Below are positions 11,351-23,200 of a DNA stretch of 64,000 nt, piece by piece. The stretch is from NCBI RefSeq assembly GCF_964204645.1, contig NC_134033.1, forward strand, positions 11,478,655 through 11,542,654. Reading direction: 5' to 3'. Source of the DNA: Tubulanus polymorphus. Lineage: Eukaryota > Animalia > Nemertea. A model generated the notes under the pieces. It worked only from the letters and a program-made list of their open reading frames with translations. It did not search any database and was not told the DNA's origin. The stretch's first letter is position 1. Each line of letters opens with the position of its first letter. Made by a program: the position numbers and the translations under genes.

Positions 11351-12107
11351 GCGGTTTATAGGAAACCTACCAACGCTGAATTCTACCTCCATTACTTCTC
11401 TTTTACTTCTCCGGATATTAAACTCGGTTTAGCTCAAGGATTATTTCTTCGCGCTTTGAGAATTTGCGACCCCTCATTTCTACCCGATGAAATTCACCAT
11501 ATTAACCAATCTCTCAAAAAACTTGCCTACCCCGATTTCCTATTGAAAAAAGCTCTACTTAAAGCTCGTACTACGCATTTTAGAAATAACAACCTTAGAA
11601 CTCCTACGTTGGCTACCGATAAACAGCCTATCATTGTACCGTATGTACCTTTCCTCGAGAATTCTAAAGTTTATCTTCGGTCACTAAATAAACAACTTAT
11701 CTTTAAATACAATAATAAACTTAGTAACATATTGATTAATAACAAACCGAAAACCGAATCCCTAAACTGTGGAATTTATAAAATACCTTGTAAAGTTTGC
11801 GACAAAGTATATATAGGAGAAACAGGTCGGAATCTTAATCAACGCATAAAAGAGCATAAATTAGATGTAAAAAACTTTAAACCTGAAAGCGGAGTTGCTA
11901 GTCATGTTTTTCAGACTTTTACACAATTTTGATTTTGCTAATGCTGAATTAATTTACCCTTGCAGCGATAAAACTAGAAGACATATTTTGGAATCTGCAT
12001 TAATCATTGAAAATTCGAACAACGTTGTAAACCTTAACGATGGTTTTTCACCCCATAATAAACTTATATCAAAATTCCTCTGTAAACTGGTTAAACTCAA
12101 CACTTGA
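11351..12107 (+). pseudogene. PLE ORF remnant: RT thumb/linker + GIY-YIG endonuclease, one +1 frameshift near 11915-11921
   Basis: In frame from 11351: AVYRKPTNAEFYLHYFS...LFLRALRICD...AYP...VPY...CGIYKIPCKVCDKVYIGETGRNLNQRIKEH...SGVASH. After an extra T in CAGACTTTTACAC it continues LHNFDF...RHILESALI...VNLNDG, with stop at 12107. Confidence 0.92.
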
Positions 12108-12410
12108 TTTCCCCTTTGATTATTTGTTATTTGTTCTCTCATCAATTTCGTCTCTGACTTAACTTGTATTCACCTTTGTTTTAATTTAAGTGCCCCCTAG
12201 TTTGTCTTTCTTTTTACTACTGACTTTAAGTTTCATTTATATTTATACTCACTATTGTTGTTTATAATTACCCCCTAGTTTGCTTCCCTTTAATCTATTT
12301 TAGCGTGTAACTGTTTCTACGTTAATTTTCCTTTAGTTTGTATCATCTCTGATTACTTGAATTAGTCTCTTTGTCTCTGGATTGTATATATATCTCATAA
12401 TTTCTGCAGT

Positions 12411-12455
12411 ATCTCACTATTCCTGAAGATGACTATTAGGATATAGTCGAAACGT
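12411..12455 (+). ncRNA. Minimal type I hammerhead ribozyme motif of the PLE, truncated at its cleavage site
   Basis: CTGAAGA (12423-12429), T, stem II GACTAT/ATAGTC (12431-12436/12443-12448, loop TAGGAT), GAAA (12449-12452), CGT; palindromic ACGT in place of stem III. H17 and the 3' strand of stem I are absent. Confidence 0.85.
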
Positions 12456-13270
12456 GGGTGACGTGGTATTTGTGTTTTTTTCCCAGACAGACACTACATC
12501 ATTATACAGTCAGAAGCTTTGTGTAAAAACGATTGTTTCGTATGAAAATGTCATGTAAATGATATCCGAGCTTGCTATGACACAGATGATTTCTCTTGTT
12601 GAATAGTTTTTGTCCTCATTAATCACCATCTTTATGTTAGAGTATAAGCTGTATGCCAGACAGTAGCAGTTGTTCGAAATATGATAGAAAATAGGCACGT
12701 AATACGTGTAAATGTACATCCGATTTTGTGCGCATGATACATATTTTTAACTTTATACTAGATGTCTAGATTCCATGCATTACTTGACAAATCCAGCGAT
12801 ACTGGTAACAAAAGGTGAAGTGCCTCCTGGAGGCAGCGCAGTGCATAGTATCACTATTTCCTTTAAAACAACCGATGAAACCATGTCCTAAAGAAATATA
12901 TAAAGTTTAATGAAATTATCTTAAACGGAAACGGAGATCGTAACGACCCCATACTTTTACTGATGGCAGCACATCAGAAAAAATTTCTTATATAGCAATT
13001 ACCTATGGGACCATACCCCGAACAAGTGTATCGAGTTTCATTAAATCATCTTGAGCGGTTACTGTTAAAAATATATTTCATTGACTCGTCATAAACCATC
13101 ATAGTATGGGTCAGATATTATCAATAACCGATATTTTCATGAACTAATCTGTATTCCAGACTAGACTGAGAAGATCGTTATAGACTGATAATCATCGATT
13201 TCATTATCCTAATATTTTCTCCAATGGGTTCGTTTTTATACGGATTTATCGAATAACTATTTTCTGCGCA

Positions 13271-13327
13271 GCAATGTGTTCCCGTCATGCAATGTGTTCC
13301 CGTCATGCAATGTGTTTCCGTCATGCA
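13271..13327 (+). repeat. 18-bp tandem triplication (GCAATGTGTTCCCGTCAT)x3
   Basis: Single copy in the paralog at ~929-946. Confidence 0.9.
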
Positions 13328-16300
13328 TCCTACACGCGGCATTGATGTAACATCGTGTACGGGAACTCCATTTTGGTGATGTCTTCGACAAATTAGATTC
13401 ATTTTCAATATGATGGATATCGCCGCATTTTGTTATTTCGGGTGGTCATGATTAATTAGTTTTGTTAAAATGTTAGGGCGAAAATATGATTCAAAATCAT
13501 GTTTTCAGCAGAAATATGTGGAAAGTATAATTCTTATATGAATATATGTTAGTATAAAAAAAATTTCATCATTAATTTCATAAAAAAAACCTCGACCGAA
13601 GGCTCCTTGTAATTCTTGAACATGTTCCGCTGGAACTTTTGTTTTCCTCGACGAGGTCTCAAGGTCCACGGACCTCTCGTTGATTCAGTCCCTGGAAAGG
13701 TCGGTTAGAAATGGGTAACCATAAGTCCTAATCCAGTGGAAATATTAGTGACCAAGAATCATAACTTCAAGAATGTCTTAATTCTGACGTTGTTTTTTAT
13801 TTGGTTCATACATGATCAGGCAAATTTATCAATATCATGATGCTGTGCAGCCAATATCCTTTACAAACAACATTTCCCAGCCATGGCTGGGCAACAAGAT
13901 TGGTCTATAGAGAAAAACCAATATGTACCCTTTCGGCTATTGCAATAGCAACTAACTCCTCTTTTTTGAAACCCCACTTCTGAATAAAATAAAAAAAAGA
14001 ACCCGTTTAGGTAATAATGTTGTAGAAAAGGCCTGCATTTAATGATGCTATTATTTTAGGTACTTGTATTATGTAGCAAGTGATAAGGAATTAAGTTGTG
14101 TTTTGTTTTAATGGATATCTCTGAGAAAATACTTTTTAACAAATGCAAAAGTATAGACTAGCCAGTATGGCAGATACAGATATGTTAACGTATATACTGT
14201 ACAATCGAATTTAATTGAGATACACGTATAATTTGAGATAGGAGAAAATAACATTTTAACGGACGATTTAAGAAACGAACAAGGTTCGAGATATGCGCAT
14301 TATATAATTATATCAACAGTATCTATGATCATCTACTTATATATATATATATAAATATACATAGGCCTTATTAGTTATCTCTCTGAGACAAACATTAAAA
14401 GAAAAACATTATATATTATATGGATATTTATGATTATATTTTATCGGATTTTCATCATCGTTTTATAGGAGCTAGTTCCCCTAGCGACAACTACGCCGAA
14501 GAGTTTTGTTGCTAAAACTCCTCACGGTTGCAGCGATATACGGTAATAAAAAATGCCTTTCTAACAAGTGTGGAACTACCTCTTAGGGCCCTCAAATCTT
14601 GCCTCTTGGTCTGCCCCCGACATCACGGCAAATTATGATTCTGGAAATTCATAATCCTTTGTTTCATAAGGATTACAAACGCGTAAATTAGAATAAATTT
14701 CAAAACATTAGTAGGATTATAAACGGGTTATAGGTATATGTTTCACTTAACTCGATACAAGCCATTCGTTTGTATTATATATTATTTATCGATATAACCG
14801 ATATTTTAATAAAATAGTCATCTGTATTCCAGTCTAAACCGAAGAGATTATTTCAGACGGATATCATCGATCATCGATTTTTATTCAAATATCCTAAAAC
14901 GAAATATCAGAAAATGAGCCCTGAACAATTATTCATGATTCTGACAAATCATGATCCTTTGTTTCATAACATTAGGATTATAAACGGATTATGCGTATTT
15001 CAGCACTGTTTGTAATAATGTATCGTTCGTGTCGAGTCGCATTGATAGGAATTGTTCTGTGAAATTTCAGAATTACAAAGGATTTAATTTTTAGCATTTA
15101 TTTGGGGTAAAATCTGTTTCAATCGTTTATCACAGATCTGGAGGCTGATGCTGAGACTGCTGTTATCTTCGTGCTAATGTCACCATATTTGCTGTGCCTG
15201 GAATCAGAATCCTCAATTCATGGGTTCGAACCTCGGTCATCCCTTAATAGATCACACATCTTTGTATCTTAGCCATCTCAGCAGTTCCATCCGGTCCATC
15301 TCGAATCCGATAGATTCGTCGAGAGATGAATGAAAACAAATATATATTTATATATTTAAATATATACATATATAGGAATTGAGGGCACATTTATTTATTT
15401 CAATAATAATCATAGGTATTTAAATTGTACACGCACACACATCAACATCGAATGCTGCATTACAAATGGTCAAATACACACCACTCTTTCAGTAATATTA
15501 ATTAATAATAATAATAATTATAATTATAATCAATAACAGGCGATTACATAATAATATTTATTTACAAATTTGATTTGGAAGTGAATACTCTATCATCATA
15601 TCATTATATTATTTAACTATATGTCTAATTTGAATTAATTGACCTAATAGCAATGTTTTCGCGTGTATAGCTATTTTGAAGTAATCGTTTCTTTTCAATC
15701 ATTGATAAACGCTTGTGGCTACAAAGTAATGGCGAATGTGTCGCAATAATTTGATGAAAAGCGAAATTAATAATACACAATCACTTAAAAATCGGTATAT
15801 AGCGTTTTTAAATAACAGTCTGCGTCCGAGCCGTATTTAGCAACATATTGCCCTAACTGACAATTTTGCATTCTAGGAACGACAATTCCGTTTGCGTGAT
15901 TTAAAAATGTGAAGTAACATAGTTTTTAACTTAAATCATATCTCTTCATGTTCACACCAAAGACCTATAAACTCAGTAACTGAAAATCTGAAATACAGAA
16001 TTGGTTCCTCATTATCATTCGAGTGGCTTCTATAAAATTTTGCAGGTACCAATCTGCTGCTTGGACCCACCTACTGGGCGGTTCAATGTTTTATTACAAG
16101 TTATCAAGGCTTCACATGAACTACGTAGACTAGACATTAGACAATTGATTTCATCAGCAAACCTTTGAAAAGTGATCGCCCAGACCTTCAAACTACGATG
16201 GTGTAAGGGGTGATTTCAAGCTGAAGATTGACAACAGTGCATTAGGACTAATTAATCTGTGTTATGAATCAATCTTCTTACATTGCTTGTAGGTTACTCT

Positions 16301-17827
16301 ATAGTTTTTCTGCATTCTGATAAAAGTCTATATTCGTAAAAACCATGTGAACTTCAATCTATATCAATATAATCAAAATCTATTGCTCACATTTAACCAA
16401 TCAGAAAAGTTCAACGTTTTAACAAAATAACAAACTTGCCTCCTTTTTTATATGAAAAAAGAAAAAATATATCACCATCTTATCGTACCAATATCTTAAC
16501 AGATTTATGTTGGAAGACAAATATTTAACTTAATTACAATAATAATGCACCAAAAACTCATGAATTTCGCACTCAACTTTTTAAGAGTTCCAGAGAAATC
16601 GCTTTTTTTCACTCGATAATCGTCAATCGATTAGATATTTGGAGCCGGTAGGTCAGATCTTGATCAATATCAACTATCATGCGACAGAGATCATGCGAAA
16701 TTCAGTTGTTTTTAAATTACATAAATAATGAAATTAAAACCCCTGCAGAACCACCTCAGACAACACTGTGGGCCGTTTTACTCGTCATTACGTCAACCAC
16801 CCGCAGGTTAACTAATATGTAAACCAATTTTCCACCTGACTGGACCTGCTTGAGATGGGAAGAAGTCTTTCATTAGGGACATTGTGGTCACAAACTCGAT
16901 AGAAAAAACCGCAAACATACATCACATATTTTACCAGCACCAGAAATTTTATAATAACAGCTGTTTTTATAACGAAAACTAGCAAAGATAATCAAATTTT
17001 TCTTTCGAGGGTATAACAAGAGGGGTGAAGGTCATAACCGTGGCACCTGGCATTGGTCATGACAGATCATCACTGGATTAACCAAGTCCTGAGCCCGAAA
17101 ATCCAGGGAATCCCTTCATTCCTTGCTACGAAGGATATCATTTTCATTTCATATCCTGTGCTAAATTCAATAATTGGTGGAGGCTAAACGATTATATAAT
17201 TGTCAGACGTTAAAAACTAATTATTTTCACATTAGGATCAAATCTACTGCAGAAATCATTGAATGATGATCAATCCTTTTAAAAAGTGAAAATTTATTAA
17301 ATAATTTTAAAGCTTCAAGCCTTTATAATGACTAGGCGAATTACTATCTCATATGCAGCGTTATATGTAAAAAAGCAGGATGATTATATTAATAATTGTC
17401 AAATTCGAGTTTCACATCACGCAAATTTAAGACTAGTGCGCCAGTCGACAGTGTTATGGATCGGGGTAATCATATCGGGTGATGTATTCAGGTGAAGTCC
17501 TATTGGAACGTTGAATAGCTGAAAGGGATATTCCAGGTGGCAGATTGATACCTGTACTACCATTGGGTCCAGCAGTGCCTAGAGATACTCATCTGGGAGC
17601 AGGTGCCAAGTTATGTGAATCAATGCTTTACTTGGATGAATATATCTAACACTATAAGTTCGCAGTGGGACTGTGCCAAGTCCCAAACCGCACCTCTAAT
17701 CTATATCGGTTTTTTTGTATCTGTCTAAATGAACTTAAAGTTCTTTGATTATAAACACAACGAAACTTCATCACTGCAATGAAATAAAACTTTTTTACAG
17801 GTGATCAACAATTAAAAAAAAAACCAA

Positions 17828-17945
17828 GGGGCCATTTATAAAGTACTTTTTAAGCCCCCTCCCTACCCAATTTTTGTTCACATGGAGAAATGGCCAATTT
17901 GTCAGCCCCCCCAATAAATGTGCATGTACTTTATAAATAGTCCCC
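17828..17945. mobile_element. Short MITE with GGGGCCATTTATAAAGTAC...GTACTTTATAAATAGTCCCC TIRs
   Basis: Imperfect ~19-bp terminal inverted repeats; GGGG/CCCC termini resemble PIF/Harbinger MITEs. Confidence 0.55.
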
Positions 17946-18047
17946 AATTCATGTCAATGCAATAAAACAAAAGATACTTTCTATACATTTCATGCCATTA
18001 GACGTTATCGATGAAATTAGAAGAGCGTGCTCGATTTAATGAACTAA

Positions 18048-18291
18048 AGCCGTGGTCACACGAATGTTTTTGGCCCGGGTCTGTCAAGGCCCGAGCTAAA
18101 TTTTAGCACAGGTCAAATTATTGCATGTAAATTGCAACTGGTTTCAGAAGTTATTCACTTCACTTCATTTAAGCATTGTTTAGTATCGAACGAGTGATTT
18201 ACATATGTTCACACACACACACCAATTAGGCACAAGCCAAATTTGACTCAGGGCCTGATGCGGGCAAAATCGTCTCCGTGTGATCGCGACT
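18048..18291. mobile_element. MITE family (AGCCGTGGTCACACG...CGTGTGATCGCGACT); other copies at ~44625-44864, ~46033-46250, ~51668-51900
   Basis: Shared internal sequence AAATTTTAGCACAGG...ATTCACTTCACTT...AAGCATTGTTTAGTAT...GCCAAATTT, plus TIRs. Confidence 0.7.
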
Positions 18292-18830
18292 GAAGTTCGA
18301 AATACCTTAAAAGCAGTCTGAACAAAAACACAATTTACTTTTGTCAAGCCCATAATGCCGGGGAGTTTTTCCATTCACACAACAAATGGGGCTTTTTGAC
18401 ACGAGTCTACCTCAATTTGAGTAGCGATAAAAAAACTACTTAAAAATCTGTTGTAGACCATTAAAACCTGTATTTTCTTAGACATCTATGAATTCGGTCT
18501 ATCGACATTAACAAGGCATTTGATATGATATAAAACTCATAAACAACAAAAAAGTTCCATTTGCCTCGAAAATGAACTCCCTTCTCAAATAGCTACATCA
18601 TCACTTCAAGCCTAAAAACAGGGATGATACAAAGAATAATCCAGTATTCCGTGTACTGGGCTGGAAGAAGGCCAGCTAGTAACATCTGGACATACATAAA
18701 CTATCAATTATTAATAATACTGAATCACGAAAAGCTCAATTCATTTAATAAAAACAGAAACAATCAGTAAAGCGGACTTAGATCCATCATCACGGCCATC
18801 ATCATTCTTAATAATGTACATAAAACCCTG

Positions 18831-18918
18831 GATCCAGTTCCACAGTTCCGAGTTAACTCATTGAAAAATGGATCTTATCTGAACTCATAGTTAACCCACA
18901 ACTGTGGAACTGTGGATC
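18831..18918. mobile_element. Hairpin MITE family GATCCAGTTCCACAGTT...AACTGTGGAACTGGATC; copies at ~29278, ~32956, ~52593-52680, ~57555-57716, ~59855-59974
   Basis: Recurrent TIR CCAGTTCCACAGTT and internal GAGTTAACTC motifs in at least six dispersed copies. Confidence 0.7.
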
Positions 18919-20277
18919 TACAAGTTATAAGTTAACCAGTAAAACCATTGTCAGGAATGAAGATCTAACCTGCCTTCACCTGGCATTGGTCTCACATATC
19001 AATTCGTAAAGTGGGTTTTTCATTACTGGGGCATCTTACTATAAGATTTTTATCTAGCTTTAAAATCAACTAGGACCTCAACTAATTGTCATTTCTATGT
19101 ACCGGTACACAATCTAATCATTGCATATTAATCATCAATGTCGAAACCGGGTAATCCGGGGGGGGCTCCAGTCAACAAACAACTGAATACTGAATAGGAT
19201 GTTGAGAACGTTCTTCCATGAATTCCCAATAATCTCAGTTGATTTTTTACCTACATGTTTCCGAGTTTCGGCGTTATATCGATTCGATGCTGAAACGTCG
19301 CGATAATCGCGTTAAAAATCACGCCAAAATAGAAGATGAAACGACGCGGCGAATCAAAAGTCCGACGCGAAAACAAAACAAGATAACAATCGCAACAACT
19401 ACCGCACGAGAACAATATACGTCGTCGAGCACCCACGCAAATTAACAAAAGCGGAACACAGCGAATTAACGTAGAGCACCAGACAAATCATTGGCCAGTT
19501 TTTTCCAGTACATCAATAATCAGTATCGGAGCGGCCTAATGGTCCGTAAGACATTAGAATCTTTCTCCGATCAGTCAGTGTAGACATCTCACGCCATCTA
19601 CAACTGACCATTACTCACGTCGGGATCGCTGGATTGATATAATCTATCTAAGTTCAATTACGACCAGGGTGAACTTCAGTTATCGACAAATTACGGACTA
19701 AGTGAAACCGAATGTTAGTTAAGTCCGAATTATACAGGGTCACGATCGCTGTAGTTCAGACCTAGTTCCGAGATAACCGACGCTAGTGAAATACGTAAAA
19801 TCAAAATGAAGTGCATTCGATTATCAGTCACAACCGTAACTGCAACTGCAACTGAAGACGAACGACAAAAACCGAAGCTCGTCCTGTTTTTTCCCATCTG
19901 TTTTGAGTTTCGAAGGTTTTTTTATCAATTGTTTCATCGGATATCTAGCGTTATCCCATTTCTCGCTCGTGGTGACGACCGACTGTTCGCCCGTCGTAAT
20001 CTCTCGGGCAGCTCGGCTGATGTTTTTTCCCCGATCTGTCTTAACCGACGGATTATCGAAGCTTGGATCGCGCGCTAGAAAAACAGCTACAAAGATGAAG
20101 CGATAATATTCGCTGTAACTAATACGTACACAACCTTTCAATATATGCAGTTAAACGTTGTAACAATTGAGCAATGTTGTTGTTGTTGTTGTTATTGTTG
20201 TGGTTGTTTTTTCTATACATTATTCAAAAACACATCTCGAAATTCTATTTCATTTTTACCGCGTCCAGTTGACGGCG

Positions 20278-23200
20278 CTAATTGTCACTGCCTAAACGAC
20301 TGAACATACGATGGAATTTGGCACTGTTGGTAGCACTTCCTATAACTTCCATCCACCTGTAAATGAAAAAACAAGTAATCAATGAACATAGCAAAAAACT
20401 AGACTTGCCGCCTAAAATACCCCCCCAATACAATCTCCATAAATATCTCTTCCACGGGCTGCACATCTTCAACATATCTTTGCGATGAAATATGTTTCGT
20501 TTACAAGGTGATATGAAATAGTCACTGAAACATCACTTTGTTGCGTTGGAATCAAAATGAAACAATCCAATTGATTTCAAGCATCTCGAAGTATTTACAA
20601 ACGACTTACCGTTCGAATGGATATTGGCTTTCAGCCCTAAAGAAATACACATGATTCTTGAATTGTAATTTGAATACGTATTCTTTATGTATCCCGTCCG
20701 TATCACAGGGCGTGCTCACTGCGTAACCGAGCAAAGGCAAACTAGCTAATGGATAGTCATCCTAAAAAAGAAAAGAAAATCACTGAAGCAGTGCTTCCAA
20801 CCTAATGAACGGAGCCCGGTGTTAATGAAGCTTATCGCAATGGGGAACTACAACACCGGCTATTCAACCATCAGATCACGTGACTTATACACTTCGTCTC
20901 ATGTGAAGTGAAGTAAAGTTTATTTAGACACAAAAGTACAGAGAAGAATACAAATACACACAAATATAATTCAGTCATTAATGTACAGAAATGTGTCAAG
21001 GATTCATCCCAAGCCAAACAAGGCTGTACTCAGAAAGGGGATGAACCCTGAAAGCTAATAATGAAAAAAAAAGAAAAATTATATAGATTATGATACATAC
21101 ATAATTTTAATAAATCAGATCCTTACAAGATCCTCATGTTATCAATCAAGTTCATTTTCAGATGACTGAACTGGATTTTTTGGCTCCTGAATCCAAATAC
21201 TATCTTATGAGCCACCAAATAGATATTAGATTGACTTTACTGATCGATGTTTGTACATAGCAAGAATTTTTTCTTTCAGAATATACATGCCTGGAAGGTC
21301 TTGTAGAAAAATAAACAAAAGTTGGTAAAAACGACCCATAATTTCTGCCATCCGTTGCTGTTCTTGAACTTGCGAAGGACGTATCCGCTCAACTGATTCT
21401 GAAATTATCATCAAACACAATAGTTTAAACCCTCACATGGCAGATGGATGCCCTTTGATGTGACGCTTCACTGTATTTGCTTCTCTTTATTCCGCCCTGG
21501 GTCTTCATTCAACGATGACACATAGGGGTTAAGCAAAGAATCATCTGTAGGAAACACACCCTCCACGGAACACGATGTTCAATATCTCCCTATAACATGT
21601 TCTGGCTGGAAATCAGCTGTAGTTTTACTGAATTCGAACACTAGCGATTTTTACGTGCAAATTTTCTTGCGAACAACTAAACCACTAAATACAAGAACTC
21701 ACATAGTTGTCAGGAAAGGCTTTCGTTACAACTTTAAGAAGGGTAAAAAACAGACAAAATGGCTACAGCCAATACAACTCTCAGGCTGTTTGCATCACGG
21801 GAACACCTGAGCTGCTATTGGACCTGTGGCGGGCGACTGAGGTACTCGTTAATGAGGGACTGTCGGGTAACACCAGTCGTCTAGCTGAGCTTAAATGGAA
21901 TTGTAAGATGAAATTGATTTTCAATCAACTTACCTTAACAGCTAACTGATGGTCACCGAAGCTAACACTGGTATTACGATGCCAGCATACGTGCATTGTT
22001 GTGTTCGCTCGATGTTGGACTTGTTTCTCGCTGGCAGGTGGCGTTGTCGGTGGATGTGGTTCATCCAGTTCATCGATAGAACCACCTAGAACATTAATTC
22101 ATAAAACAATCATTGATAAAAATAGCTTTAGCTCCAAGTGTAATGAAATTACTTGATTTGCCATTTTCATGCTTCAACCAACTGAGTGCCACTCGAGGCA
22201 CTATTAGCTAATTCAAAGTTTCTTTTCATGCCTCAAACCACTGAGTGCTACTAAGGGCATTGGTTTCTTTCTCCCAGAGAGACCAGAGAACCTTTGATCA
22301 AGAAACTTTTCATCAAACCTTTGATAAAAAAATTCTGCCACCACAAGAGTTTGACCATTTATGAGGCCTGGATTGACAAGAGACTAAACCGATGGCTCAA
22401 ACCACTTGGCAGCATTTCAACTTCCTTACTACATTTGCCATGTCACAATTTCCTTCAGGGTTACCAAAACACAATGACACAAGTTAATTCAAGATTTAGA
22501 TTAAGTTAATTAGTGAACCTTGTGATTTAAGACTTGGGTATTTATGATCACCACTTCGCTCTTTGGCAGCTATTATTGCATTTGTTATATCTTCTACCCA
22601 TTTATCTTTTTCTTCCAAAGACCTAAATTAAGAAAAGATGTGAAAATGAAATGGAGGTTCAGACAATCATTCTGGATAGACAGTAGAATTTTACTTACCC
22701 AGCAGCTACTAATAAACATCGGTTTCCTCCGTAAATTGTAAAACTATTTGCTACAGCCATTTTTGAGTCAGTTTCTTCGACCTTTAAAACATAAGATTTC
22801 AAACTTGCATTTCTGCATTTTCAAATTCTGGATTCAAAAAGGATATCTGGTTTAAGAATCACTTCAGTGTCTGATCTAATGAAAAGTCTCAGACTTTGGC
22901 TTCATTTGCTTTTGATAACTTCATATTGTACAATAATGAAACTATATTCCGTGTTCAACAGGGCGGGGCTCAGTGATTTATCTTCTTACCGCCATTCCTC
23001 GCAGTGGTAGCTGACCATGCACCTTGAATTGTAACGTCGGTTGAGTCGTACGACTTGTATAAATTAACATATCACTAAACTGAAAACATGAGAGTAAACT
23101 GTGTAATGATCTAGAAACTGTTAATTCATCAGGCTTATCAATGAAAACCAGCTCAGCATCTTTGGATTTATTTGATTTACAAGCCGATTTTTAGTATGGT

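Larger units (their letters stand above)
11351..12455 (+). mobile_element. 5'-truncated Penelope-like retroelement (GIY-YIG endonuclease type)
   Basis: Boundaries are defined by the empty site at 105-113 (CATTC-TT-TGGGTGACG). Contains the RT C-terminus, GIY-YIG domain, a T-rich 3' UTR and a terminal hammerhead motif. No TSD; 2-3 nt of target lost. Confidence 0.93.
11242..14915 (+). repeat. Segmental duplication copy 2 (partial; ends before a GPCR1 equivalent)
   Basis: Starts ATTGACTTCAACCCTTAAACAAATG like position 1; collinear with copy 1 apart from the insertions; similarity ends at ...AAACGAAATATCAGAAAA (~14914). Confidence 0.93.

Noticed and set aside
19239-20141. Overlapping 65-105 aa ORFs on both strands
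   Set aside because: No recognisable motifs; they lie just downstream of the FARP stop in CpG-rich probable UTR.
21430-21890. Possible alternative terminal exon(s) of FARP between the two PH-region exons
   Set aside because: Splice-like signals exist, but the in-phase reading stops after 11 codons and has no homology support.
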